Of a stretch of DNA of 64,000 nt, positions 24,901 through 35,604 are shown in pieces. Under the pieces are notes generated by a model. The model searched no databases, had not been told where the DNA came from, and saw only the letters and a list, made by a program, of their open reading frames with translations. This DNA is from Squalus acanthias. Lineage: Eukaryota. A program made the translations under genes and the position numbers. Every line of letters starts with the position of its first letter. The first letter of the stretch is position 1. Location: the NCBI GenBank assembly GCA_030390025.1, contig JASTWF010000033.1:932001-996000 (forward strand), in the 5' to 3' direction.

Positions 24901-25858
24901 CACGGTTATCAGCTGCCTTGAACAGGTATTTGCTTTCTGTGGCATGGCATCCTATATTCATTCAGATCGGGGCCCTTCTTTTATGTCGGGAGAACTCAAG
25001 GCCTATCTCTCGGAACGGGGTATTGCTGCCAGCAAAACGACGCCTTATCATCCGGTTGGGAATGGGCAAGTCGAGCGTTTTAACGCTATCATCTGGAATG
25101 CGGTACGTCTGGCTTTGAGATCTCGGGGCCTACCCAACCAGCATTGGGAAGCAGTACTTCCAGACGCATTACACTCCACACGGTCCCTCCTTTCGACCGC
25201 CACAAATACGACGCCTCATGAACGGTTCTTCCGATTTCAGCGTCGCTCATCCTATGGGACATCTCTCCCGTCGTGGCTGACTGCACCGGGACCAGTGCTA
25301 CTCCGAAGATATGTCCGGGCGTCTAAGAATGACCCCCTGGTAGATGAGGTTGAGCTCACTGACGTCAACCCTACCTACGCCTATATTCGGTATCCTGACG
25401 GTCGGGAATCTACCGTGTCATTGCGGGATCTGGCTCCCTGCCCGCCGAAACATAGAGGGACACCAGGGGATGATATTGTACCAGGCACATCTCTGGGCTT
25501 GCCAGGTGCCTCTCATCATGATCGGGATCTGACGCCGGCTGGTACCTCACTCCAGCGTGCCGACCTGGGGCAGACTGACTATGAGCCCGTCGGGGCTCGC
25601 ACGCGCAGCCACGATCAACCCTGTACCGTACGCTCAGAAACGGATCTGCCACAGCCCTGCCCGACACCCATTCGGGTACCAGTACACAGTCAGGATCGTT
25701 CTGACCCCTCACAGAGCGGGCTGGAGCACTCGGACTCTGGTCCATGGCCCGCAGCGGGTAAACGGGCTAGGGGCCCTCTACCGCTACGAGAACCCAAACG
25801 GGTGCGGCTCTCCCTCATCCAACGGCTACGAAATGGAGGGAGCATTCCGGCCTCCTAA
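21902..25858 (+). CDS. Gypsy gag-pol polyprotein, 1318 aa, uninterrupted
   Basis: Two Zn knuckles (CFFC..H..C, CSHC..GH..C), protease LIDSGS, RT (LPFG, YLDN), RNase H (ECDAS, EKEA, TDQ), integrase HHCC and DDE (SIDF, HSDRG, NGQVERFN) in PR-RT-RH-IN order. Confidence 0.97.
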   Translation: MENILKPSRLDLDPNTPAAGKVWKHWYRTFENFLEYCKADDNSKLRILINCVTPNVFQYVEDWDSYEEAIQTLKRLYTKTPNEVYARHLLATAQQGPEESIDKFLQELRRLSMDCNFRAASAELYREEMIRDAFICGLASPFIRQRLLESKTLELQRAYDLACSLDLAKRNADLFTVPRPRSAALTTVRQFKRPQVNSIREDFIPDDRSDDFTDEEDDDPTVAASWQSKKCFFCGDEFHPRRFCPARNAFCSHCNKKGHFVKVCLSRASTRAYQAKSYRTAPVRAYQDVPTKNYRASSRVFSRRNTPRISATLCATTPITAACPQNLFHAATKASINGHTLDALIDSGSTDSFIREQTVAQLKLHVFPSDQAVAMAQSSLNTRISGFCVVEIMLKGHRYPSTRLSVLKDLCSDLILGLDFQKQHKKLTIEFGGSKPELTISNIRPRLPFCALSAASLDEPSLFASIPPRCKPIITKSRRFSQEDQSFIAAEISRLLAEDIIEPCSSPWRAQVVIVKNPLQPHKKRLCIDYSQTINQYTDLDAYPLPRIDDMVNKLAEYTVFSTYDLKSAYHQVPLKVSDKQYTAFEANGRLYQFRRLPFGVTNGVAVFQRAMDDLVKQEDLKDTFPYLDNITVAGRNQQEHDANLQRFWDALQHRNLTLNAAKSIESQPTINILGYCVGNGIIKPDPERLRPLQELPPPKNPASLRRALGLFAYYAKWIPNFSDRIQPLLKASTFPLDTTAVAAFNLLKKQLEKAALHSIDESLPFVVECDASEVAISATLNQEGRPVAFLSRTFQGAELHYPPVEKEATAIIEAVRKWSHLLARQHFTLITDQRSVAFMLDNRKRTKIKNNKIQLWRLELASFGYTIHYRPGKENVAPDTLTRAFCSAMAPSTLVDIHDGLCHPGVTRMLHFVRSRNLPFSTGDVKKMCSDCRVCAELKPRFFRPSGGILIHATQPMQRLSIDFKGPLPSSTRNTYLLTMVDEYSRFPFAFPCPNMLTTTVISCLEQVFAFCGMASYIHSDRGPSFMSGELKAYLSERGIAASKTTPYHPVGNGQVERFNAIIWNAVRLALRSRGLPNQHWEAVLPDALHSTRSLLSTATNTTPHERFFRFQRRSSYGTSLPSWLTAPGPVLLRRYVRASKNDPLVDEVELTDVNPTYAYIRYPDGRESTVSLRDLAPCPPKHRGTPGDDIVPGTSLGLPGASHHDRDLTPAGTSLQRADLGQTDYEPVGARTRSHDQPCTVRSETDLPQPCPTPIRVPVHSQDRSDPSQSGLEHSDSGPWPAAGKRARGPLPLREPKRVRLSLIQRLRNGGSIPAS

Positions 25859-25876
25859 TCTTTTGGGGGGGGAGAA

Positions 25877-26059
25877 TGTGGTAACACTTTTCAGCTTCCT
25901 GTATGACATCACTTCCTGTAATCAGTCCAGGATAAATACTGGACTGATCAGTTAGCTCTGGAAGAGGCATAGGGTAAGACCTCTTTTGTATGCAGCACCG
26001 TTTTAAGTTGATTAAAGCTTACATTAAGTTTACCACGCGTAAGGCTCATTCTTACGACA
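25877..26059 (+). repeat. Gypsy 3' LTR
   Basis: Copy of 21642-21824, preceded by the polypurine tract. Confidence 0.97.
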
Positions 26060-26088
26060 CACACCATATTAAACACCCCTTTCCCATT

Positions 26089-26177
26089 ATAACAACAGAA
26101 AACGCTGGAAAAACTCAGCAGGCCAGGCAGCATCCGTAGAGAGAGAAAGAGAGTTGACGTTCCAGGTCGATGACTGA
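26089..26177 (-). mobile_element. 89-bp insertion in the Tx1 copy 1 5'UTR; probable terminal fragment of a second PLE family
   Basis: Absent from copy 3; flanked by direct repeat CCTTTCCCATT (26078-26088, 26178-26188). Minus strand shows a broken hammerhead half (GTCATCGACCTGGAACGT). Family call is from recall. Confidence 0.6.
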
Positions 26178-26698
26178 CCTTTCCCATTGCCTGACCTGGG
26201 ACAGCTGGAGCTGCCTAGGTGAAGTCCCCAATTAATTTAATCTTATTGGGCATCGTTAAGACCTGGTGCAGGACTGAGCCTGGGCATCGCCAGCTATCCC
26301 AGGTGAAGACATCTTCTCCCCCCACCAGAAGACCACCACCAAAGACTTTCATTACATCGGAGAGTGCACCCCCCCCTGCCAACACCCACCCACCCACCAT
26401 CCTGAGTGGCGACCCTGCCCTTGCGGCTTCCCTCCTTCCCACCCCCTCTCTCTCTCTCTTTGTCTCTTGTCTCTCTCTGCCTCTCTCTCTAAGAGGCACC
26501 TCAATTTACTTATAATTAAGTACCCATTGAGCAGAGGGGAGAAGGCCCCTCTCCCAATTCAATCAACTAAAGGGAGAGGTGTGCCTTCAATTTAACAGCT
26601 CCCTCTGCTCAGGGGAAAACAGAAACAAAAAACCGAGGCCATTAACACCTTCAGGCCTGTGACTTGGGGTGAGTGTAGCCCTTAAAGACCCGTCCATT

Positions 26699-28853
26699 AT
26701 GGCGAGCACATCTTCGTCGGTGGCGGGGGCAGCGAGGACGTATGCGAGCGTGGCAGCCGCGGCCACGGCCGCAGCCACGAGTCCTCCTGTTACCCCGTCA
26801 CCTTTTACCCTCTTTACGAGGAAGAATGGGGTCAAGAGCTACACTCACCCCAACATGACTATAGAGGCGTGCGTAAAAGCCATGGCTGGGGTTGTCGGCC
26901 CTTCAGCCATCGTCGCCGCCTCTAAAATGTACGGCAAGGCTGTGTTCTTCCTGGGGTCGGAGCGGGCGGTGTCCCTGGCCATCGAGAAGGGGCTCACCGT
27001 GGGCGGGACCTTCCTGCCGGTGGACCCCCTTGAGGCCACCGCGCAAAGGATTGTGGTTTCCAATGTCCCGCCCTTTGTTCCGGGTGAGCTCCTCCTCCCC
27101 CACCTACGTCAACTGGGGGAGGTGAGGTCGGGGATCACACCCATCCCGCTCGGCTTCCGGGAAGCCAGCCTTCGGCACGTCTTCTCCTTCCGGCGCCAGC
27201 TTTTCGTCCGGCTGGCGCGGGAGGAGGACGCGGATGGCGCGTTCATAGTGCTCCACGGGGGGACCGCCCACCGCGTCTTCTGGACCTCGGACAGCGTGCG
27301 GTGCTACGCCTGTAAGGAGGTGGGGCACGTCCGCAAAAACTGCCCCGCCTCCAAGGCCGCCACGACACCTGGCGCGGCCAGGGCTGGCGCCGCCGCCCCC
27401 CCTCCCCCTGACACAGTCCGCGCGTCGACGGCGACGGATGCGCGGTCGAAATCGGAGGCCAACACCATCACGGCCTCCGGGGGGGGGAGGGAGAGCGTCC
27501 GGGGGGAAGGAAGGCGCGTAGAAAAAATAAACACCTAAGGGCGGATCCCCTCGTGGAGGAAACATCCGAGTTGACCGAACTCACGCCCGAGTACATCGCG
27601 GAGTTGATTGGGACGCCTGAGACTGGGGGGGTCCTCGTGCCCGGGCCCGTGACCGTGACCGCAACTGCCGAGGCAGCTAAATCAAGACCTGCGGCCGGGC
27701 TCGGGCCCGAGGGGCCCAAGAAACCCAGTCGTCGGAAGGGGGCAGAGAGAGAGGCCCCAGCAGACATGGAGGCCTCCCCCTCTCCGGGCCCCAACTTGTT
27801 AAAAAGAAAGCTCCGCCCCCAGGAGGAGGACTGCGAGGAGGAAGGTCCCTCCGCAGAAGGGGGGGAGTCGCCCGCCGCGGGTGCTGCGCCCCACCCCACC
27901 ACCGTCATCGTCACACGCGATCGGCAGGGGTCGTCTGTCCCTCGGGAGGGTGAGACAGCCGAGTCTGTCCGACCTGTGCGTCCCGGGGATGGGGAAGAGA
28001 CCCTGCCCGTGGGGGGGGGGCACGGAACGACCCGCGGAGGGAAATGTAGTTCCGTAACCGTTGCTCCTCGCCGGGTCGGGCGTCCTGGGGACTGGGGCGG
28101 GCGAGGCCAAAGAGGCTGAAGCCGAGCCCGCCTTTTATAACCCAGATATCTCCCAGGGACTGCTCGACCTGGTGGAGGAGTGTAGCAATCCCCAGCCCGC
28201 TGGGTCGGAGGTTGGTGGCGGGGAGACAGAAAGCCCCCTGACTCCGTCTCTGATGTTGGCGCCGGACGTACTGGAGGAATTTGAGATTATTTTCTCCCCG
28301 GTTTCTCCGGTCGCTCCGGCGCCTGAGGCGGGGGGGGGGCCCTGAACCGCCGCCGCCTCCCGGCCCGGCGCCCCTGAAGGAGCCCAGGGTGGACTCCTCT
28401 GCCACCGATCCTGGGGGTGGGATCGTGACGGAGGCGGGGCCGGCCGGTGCGGCCGAGCCGTTCGCTGCACCCCGTGCGACGGACGGGTCGGCCGCCGGTG
28501 ACGACCTCCCGGAGGAGGACGGGGACTCGGTGGTGGGCATCGAGGACGATTTGGAGTCCATCGGCAGCGAGGTGATGGACTCCCTCGTGCCCTTCACCAA
28601 CTCTCCCCTCATCCCCGTAGGGGAACTCCGGGATTTTATGGTCATGAGCCAGGGTCGTCACAAGAAGATCCGGCTGGCCCTCGACAAGTGGTCGGAGCTG
28701 GCGCTGCTCGTCGTGTCCGTCCGCGCCGCCGTTAAAATCATGGGCGCGGACAAGGACTTTGGCCGGCTCGAGCTGCGTCGGCTCAAGAGTTTCCACACTG
28801 GGCTGCTGAGGGAGTGGCGGTCGTCAGTGACCGCGCTCCCTCCCCTCCGTTAG
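26699..28853 (+). pseudogene. Tx1 copy 1 ORF1 (nucleic-acid-binding protein with CCHC knuckle), frameshifted
   Basis: IVVSNVPPFV, FSFRRQ, CYACKEVGHVRKNC; frame changes relative to copy 3 at G runs near 27480, 28015 and 28335. Confidence 0.9.
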
Positions 28854-28878
28854 GTAGAGGTTGCACTATGCTTCTGAG

Positions 28879-31800
28879 ATGAAGATAACCATAGCCAGCC
28901 TCAACATCAACGGCAGCAGGGAGGCGCGCCGTAGATTCAATAACTTCTCGGTCCTTCGGGACGGGAAATATGCGGTGTGCTTCCTGCAAGAAACCCACAC
29001 CGCTCCGGGAGACGAGGCCACGTGGCTCCTGGAGTGGCAAGGAGCGGTCAGCATGAGTCACCTCTCCAACAATTCCTGTGGGGTGGCTGTCTTGCTGGCC
29101 CCGCATTTTCAGCTGGAGATCTTGAGGGTCAAGGAGCACGTGCCGGGCCGCTTGCTCCAGGTCACTGTTCGCCTGGGAGGCGTGCCGCTCCATTAAGTGA
29201 ATGTGTACGCCCCCCGGACCGGTGCGCAGCAAGTGCGCTTCTTCGGAGAAGTGTCCGCTCTTCTGGGCTCCATCGACGTGGGCGAGTGCGTCATCCTCGG
29301 GGGGGATTTCAATTGTACCCTCGAGGCGCGGGACCGGTCGGGTCCCCCGCGAAGCCCGGCGGCGATGGAGAAGTTGCGGGACCTGGTCGGGTCCTTCGAC
29401 TTGGTGGACGTCTGGCGAAATCTCCATCCAGACTCCAGCGCCTTCACGAGCGTGAGGTCTGGAGGAGGAAGGTCCAGAATCGACCGCCTTTACATTTCCC
29501 GGGCGTACGTCTCCTGCGTTCCGGCGGCTTCCATGCGGCCGGTGCCGTGCACGGACCACCACCTGGTGTGGGCGGAGCTCGCTCCACTGCGCGCGCGGGG
29601 GGGGTCCGCGTACTGGCATTTTAACAACCTGCTGCTGGAGGACGCGCGGGTCCGGGATTCGTTTCGCCGGTTCTGGGCCGACTGGAGAAGGAAGCGGGGA
29701 GGATTCCCCTCCTTGAGGCTATGGTGGGACGTGGGCAAGGCTCACGTCCGCGTCTTCTGTCAGGAGTACGCGAAGGGGTCGACCAAGAGGCGGGAGGCCC
29801 GGGTCGGGCGATTGGAGAAAGAAGTGCTCGACCTGGAGTCCCGTCTCGGTCAGGTCGTCGAGGACCCGGCCCTGCGGAAGGTGTACGAAGAGAAGAAGGG
29901 CGCGCTGAAGGACCTGCAGCTGGTCGGGTCCCGAGGCGCGTACGTGAGGTCGCGGATCCAGTTCCTGTGGGACCTGGACCGCGGCTCCCCCTTCTTCTAC
30001 TCGCTGGAAAAAAGACGGGGGGTCCATAAGCAGCTCTTGGGGCTGCTGGCCGACGACGGATCTCTGGTCTCGGATCCGGAGGGCATCAGCGCGGAGGCCC
30101 GGGCCTATTACGGGGCTCTGTTCTCTTCGGATCCGTCCAGCGAGGATGCGCGCAGAGTTTTGTGGGAGGACCTGACGAAGGTCGGCCCGGAGGGCGCCGA
30201 GAATTTAGAAGCTCCGCTAAGCCTGGCGGAGCTGACCGGCGCCCTGCGCCAGCTCTCGAGGGGCAAGTCCCCGGGGCTGGACGGGCTGACCGTGGAGTTC
30301 CACAGGGCGTTCTGGGACGACTTGGGGGACGACTACGCGCGGGTCCTGGGGGAAAGTCTGGCGACCGGGGAGATGCCCCTCTCTTGGCGCAGGGCGGTCA
30401 TCGTCCTGCTGCCCAAGAAGGGCGATCTCCGCCTACTTAAGAACTGGCGCCCGGTCTCCCTCCTCAGCACGGACTACAAAATTTTCGCCAGGGCTATGTC
30501 TGCTCGCCTTGGCACCGTGCTGGCCCGCATGATCCACCCCGACCAGTCCTACACGGTCCCGGGCCGGAGTATCCACGATAACATCCATCTGGTCCGGGAC
30601 CTGGTCCACCATTCCCAGAGGGCTGGTCTGTCGGTCGCCTTCCTTTCCCTGGATCAGGAGAAGGTGTTCGACAGGGTGGATCACGAGTATCTTTTCGGGA
30701 CTCTGCGCGCATTCGGGTTCGGGACGCATTTCGTCGCCCGGATCCGACTTCTGTACGCCGCCGCGGAGTGTCTCATTAAAGTTAACGGGTCTTTGACGGC
30801 GCCCCTTCGCTTCGGGAGGGGGGTGCGTCAGGGATGCCCCATGTCCGGTCAGTTATACACCATTTGCGTGGAGCCTTTCCTGCGCCTCTTGCGGAAGAGG
30901 TTGACGGGACTGGCTCTGCAAGGGCCGGGCGTGGAGGTGGTCATCTCGGCTTACGCCGATGACGTGCTCCTCGCGGTCACGGATCCCGTCGACTTGCGGA
31001 GGATGCGAGAATGTCAGCAGATTTACTCGGATGCATCCTCCGCCAAGATCAACTGGGAGAAATGTTCTGGACTCCTGGTGGGCCCATGGCGGGTGGACTC
31101 CCTGCCGAAGGAGTTCGGGCCTTTCGGCTGGAGCACCACGCACCTCCTCTACCTGGGAGTCTACCTCAGCCCGGCCGAGGACGCCTGGCCGTCGAACTGG
31201 CAAGAGCTGGAGGCCAAAGTCACCGCTCGCCTAGGGCGCTGGACAGGACTGCTCCGAGTGTTGTCCTACAGGGGTCGAGCGCTGGTCATAAACCAGCTGG
31301 TGGCCGCCATGTTGTGGTACCGGGTGGTCACTTTGATCCCTCCCCCTGCGTTTGTCGCCAAGATGCAGAAGAAGCTCGTCGACTTCTTCTGGGACAAAAG
31401 GAAGCACTGGGTCTCTGCCGCGGTTTTGAGTCTCCCGCTTAGGGAGGGCGGTCAGGCGCTGGTGTGCCTTCGCACCCAGGCGGCGACTTTCCATCTTCAG
31501 ACGCTGCAGAGATACCTGTACGTGGAGAATCCTCCTAGGTGGCGTGCGCTGGCGACGTATTTCTTCCGCCAGCTGCACGGCCTCAATTACGACACGCAGC
31601 TCCTGTTTGTGAGAGTGGGTGGCACGCGTGCCAGCCTGCGGGAGCTGCCTGTCTTCTACCAGGTACTGCTATGGGTTTGGAACAGCGTCGCCTCCGAGCG
31701 CAGTTCTCCCCCGTCAGGAGCGGCGGCCGTTCTTCGGGAGCCGCTGTTCAGGAATCCGCACCTCCACGACCGCGGGTTCGGCTGGCTGGCGGAGGGTAGG

Positions 31801-32778
31801 GCTGTGCCCGGTAAGGTGACCAGAGTCGGGGACCTGCTCGATGGCGGAGGAGCGGGCTGGATGGCGCCGGAGGAGTTGGCGAGGCGCATGTCCAGGGTCA
31901 ACGTCCGGCTCGCGGTCAAAGCCATCGAGTCGCTAAAAGTGGCACTGGGCCCCGTCTCCACTAGGTGTGTCGAGGAGGCTCAAGCACGTGGGGCGATCCC
32001 GTCCGAACTGACCCCCGTTCGGACGGAATTCCTTATCGGTGCCCGGCCCCGAATCCTCCCTCGGGAGCCGCCGCCTCACCACTTGAGCCTTCTCGGAGAA
32101 ATGCCCTCCGTGCCCTTTCAATCCGCACGGAGGCGTTTCCTGTACGGGCTGCTCCTGCATACTCTCCACTTTTCCATCTTCGTCTGCCGTCCGGACACGC
32201 CTTGGCGTACCATCCTGCCGTCCGGCGGAGGCGAAGGTCCCCATTGGAAGGCTCTCTACGCAGGAGTCTTCCCTTGTTCTATTGGGGACTTGGCCTGGAG
32301 GGTGTTGCACGGAGCAGTCCCGTGCAATATGATTTTAAGAAGGTTTACGGACTCCCAGGCTGCTTGCCATTTCTGCGGCCTGGAGGAGTCCGTCTATCAC
32401 ATTTATATTGAGTGTGAGAGGTTGCAGCCTCTCTTTCATTATTTGAAGGGGCTGCTCCTCAATTTCTGGTTGCACTTCAGCCCCACGCTCCTGATCTACG
32501 GTCAGCCGGTGCGGAGGGGAGCGGGTAGGTCGGAGGACCTCCTCGTAGGACTGCTCCTGGGCCTGTCCAAGAAAGCCATTAATTGGTCCAGGCAGCGGGC
32601 GGTCGAGGGGGTCGTTCGGCCCGATTGCCTGCCTCTCTTCCGCGGCCATGTTCGCGCCCGGGTGGCCCTGGAGATGGAGCACGCGGTGTCCGCCGGCACG
32701 CTTGAGTTTTTCCGCGACCGGTGGGCGCCGCGGGGGCTGGAGTGCATCGTCACCCCGGACTTCCAAATTTTGATTTGA
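28879..32778 (+). pseudogene. Tx1 copy 1 ORF2 (APE endonuclease, RT, Cys-rich C-terminus), one premature stop
   Basis: SLNING, LQETH, GGDFN, RIDRLY, TDH; GVRQGCP, YADD; CHFC..H....C. TAA at 29194-29196 where copy 3 has TTA. Confidence 0.95.
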
Positions 32779-32845
32779 TTTATTAAGTTTCATTTAAAGT
32801 TTTAATTGATTTACAGTAAATTTTGATTTGTCCAACCAAAAAGAG

Positions 32846-32910
32846 CAACACCAGGTTATAGTCCAACAGATTTATTTAAAATTACAAGCTTTCGGAACAG
32901 TCGCCACTTC
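32846..32910 (-). mobile_element. PLE terminal repeat fragment, right part, truncated inside the hammerhead
   Basis: Matches 44196-44260. Confidence 0.9.
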
Positions 32911-32917
32911 TATCTCT

Positions 32918-33398
32918 AATTAGAGATAGATGACAGGGTCATTGAGGGGAACACAGTAACTGCAATTAGAGATAGATGACAGGGTAATTTAGGGGAACAC
33001 AGTAACTGTAATTAGAGATAGAGGACAGGGTAATTTAGGGGAACACAGTAACTGTGTAATTAGAGAAGAGGACAAGGTAATTTAGGGGAACACAGTAACT
33101 GTGTAATTAGTGATACAGGACAGGGTAATTTAGGGGAACACAGTAATTGTGTAAATAGAGATAGAGGAAAGGTTAATTTAGGGGAACACAGCAATTGTGT
33201 AATTAGAGATAGAGGACAGAGTAATATAGCGGAACACAGGAACTGTGTAATTAGAGATAGAGGGCAGGGTAATTTAGGGGAACACGGTAACTGTAATTAG
33301 AGATAGAGGGCTGGGTAATTTAGGGGAACACAGTAACTGTATAATTAGAGATAGAGGACAGAGTAATTTAGGGGAACACAGTAACTGTATAATTAGAT
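32918..33398 (+). repeat. 48/46-bp satellite block 2
   Basis: About ten tandem units. Confidence 0.97.
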
Positions 33399-33399
33399 G

Positions 33400-33469
33400 T
33401 CATGATGCGGAGATGCCGGTGTTGGACTGCGGTGGACAAAAGTGAGAAGTCGCACAACACCAGGTTATA
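33400..33469 (-). mobile_element. PLE terminal repeat fragment, left part, split by Tx1 copies 2-4
   Basis: Near-identical to 21082-21151; continues at 42833-42897. Confidence 0.9.
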
Positions 33470-35604
33470 TTCGGGTTCGGGACGCATTTCGTCGCCCGGA
33501 TCCGACTTCTGTACGCCGCCGCGGAGTGTCTCATTAAAGTTAACGGGTCTTTGACGGCGCCCCTTCGCTTCGGGAGGGGGGTGCGTCAGGGATGCCCCAT
33601 GTCCGGTCAGTTCTACGCCGTTTGCGTGGAGCCTTTCCTGCGCCTCTTGCGGAAGAGGTTGATGGGACTGGCTCTGCAAGGGCCAGGCGTGGAGGTGGTC
33701 CTCTCGGCTTACGCCGATGACGTGCTCCTCGCGGTCACGGATCCCGTCGACTTGCGGAGGATGCGAGAATGCCAGCAGATTTACTCGGATGCATCCTCCG
33801 CCAAGTTCAACTGGGAGAAATGTTCTGGACTCCTGGTGGGCCCATGGCGGGTGGACTCCCTGCCGGAGGAGTTCGGGCCTTTCGCCTGGAGCACCACGCA
33901 CCTCCTCTACCTGGGAGTCTACCTCAGCCCGGCCGAGGACTCCTGGCCGGCGAACTGGCAAGAGCTGGAGGCCAAAGTCACCGCTCGCCTAGGGCGCTGG
34001 ACAGGACTGCTCCGAGTGTTGTCCTACAGGGGTCGAGCGCTGGTCATAAACCAGCTGGTGGCCGCCATGTTGTGGTACCGGTTGGTCACTTTGATCCCTC
34101 CCCCTGCGTTTGTCGCCAAGATGCAGAAGAAGCTCGTCGACTTCTTCTGGGACAAAAGGAAGCACTGGGTCTCTGCCGCGGTTTTGAGTCTCCCGCTTAG
34201 GGAGGGCGGTCAGGCGCTGGTGTGCCTTCGCACCCAGGCGGCGACTTTCCGTCTTCAGACGCTGCAGAGATACCTGTACGTGGAGAATCCTCCTAGGTGG
34301 CGTGCGCTGGCGACGTATTTCTTCCGCCAGCTGCACGGCCTCAATTACGACACGCAGCTCCTGTTTGTGAGAGTGGGTGGCACGCGTGCCAGCCTGCGGG
34401 AGCTGCCTGTCTTCTACCAGGAACTGCTATGGGTTTGGAACAGCGTCGCCTCCGAGCGCAGTTCTCCCCCGTCAGGAGCGGCGGCCGTCCTTCGGGAGCC
34501 GCTGTTCAGGAATCCGCACCTCCACGACCGCGGGTTCGGCTGGCTGGCGGAGGACAGGGCTGTGCCCGGTAAGGTGACCAGAGTCGGGGACCTGCTCGAT
34601 GGCGGAGGAGCGGGCTGGATGGCGCCGGATGAGTTGGCGAGGCGCATGTCCTGGGTCAACGTCCGGCTCGCGGTCAAAGCCATCGAGTCGCTAAAAGTGG
34701 CACTGGGCCCCGTCTCCACTAGGTGTGTCGAGGAGGCTCAAGCACGTGGGGCGATCCCGTCCGAACTGACCCCCGTTCGGACGGAATTCCTTATCGGCGC
34801 CCGGCCCCGAATCCTCCCTCGGGAGCCGCCGCCTCACCACTTGAGCCTTCTCGGAGAAATGCCCTCCGTGCCCTTTCAATCCGCACGGAGGCGTTTCCTG
34901 TACGGGCTGCTCCTGCACACTCTCCACTTTGCCATCTTCGTCTGCCGTCCGGACACGCCTTGGCGTACCATCCTGCCGTCCGGCAGAGGCGAAGGTCCCC
35001 ATTGGAAGGCTCTCTACGCGGGAGTCTTCCCTTGTTCTATTGGGGACTTGGCTTGGAGGGTGTTGCACGGAGCAGTCCCGTGCAATAGGATTTTAAGTAG
35101 GTTTACGGACTCCCAGGCTGCTTGCCATTTCTGCGGCCTGGAGGAGTCCGTCTATCACGTTTATATTGAGTGTGAGAGGTTGCAGCCCCTCTTTCATTAT
35201 TTGAAGGGGCTGCTCCTCAATTTCTGGTTGCACTTCAGCCCCACGCTCCTGATCTACGGTCACCCGGTGCGGAGGGGAGCGGGTAGGTCGGAGGACCTCC
35301 TCGTAGGACTGCTCCTGGGCCTGGCCAAGAAAGCCATTAATTGGTCCAGGCAGCGGGCGGTCGAGGGGGTCGTTCGGCCCGATTGCCTGCCTCTCTTCCG
35401 CGGCCATGTTCGCGCCCGGGTGGCCCTGGAGATGGAGCACGCGGTGTCCGCCGGCACGCTTGAGTTTTTCCGCGACCGGTGGGCGCCGCGGGGACTGGAG
35501 TGCATCGTCACCCCGGACTTCCAAATTTTGATTTGATTTACTAAGTTTCATTTAAAGTTTTAATTGATTTACAGTAAATTTATCATTTGTCCAACCAAAA
35601 AGAG
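33470..35604 (+). mobile_element. Tx1 copy 2, 5'-truncated within RT (2.1 kb)
   Basis: Starts at ttcgggttcgggacgc (equivalent to about 30712), open to the stop at 35536, ends AAAAAGAG; duplication at 33455-33469 and 35605-35619. Confidence 0.95.

Larger units (their letters stand above)
21642..26059 (+). mobile_element. Intact Gypsy/Ty3 LTR retrotransposon (Mag-like)
   Basis: Two 183-bp LTRs with TG...CA ends; 5-bp TSD CACAC (21637-21641, 26060-26064) confirmed by the empty site in copy 3 near 36100; polypurine tract at 25865-25876. Confidence 0.97.
21152..32845 (+). mobile_element. Tx1-clade non-LTR retrotransposon, full-length copy 1 (contains nested Gypsy and a second PLE fragment)
   Basis: 5'UTR, ORF1, ORF2 and a short 3'UTR ending CCAACCAAAAAGAG; duplication CAACACCAGGTTATA at 21137-21151 and 32846-32860; colinear with copy 3. 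Confidence 0.95.

Noticed and set aside
26089..26177. Active hammerhead in the 89-bp insertion
   Set aside because: The CUGANGA half is missing and GAAA reads GGAA.
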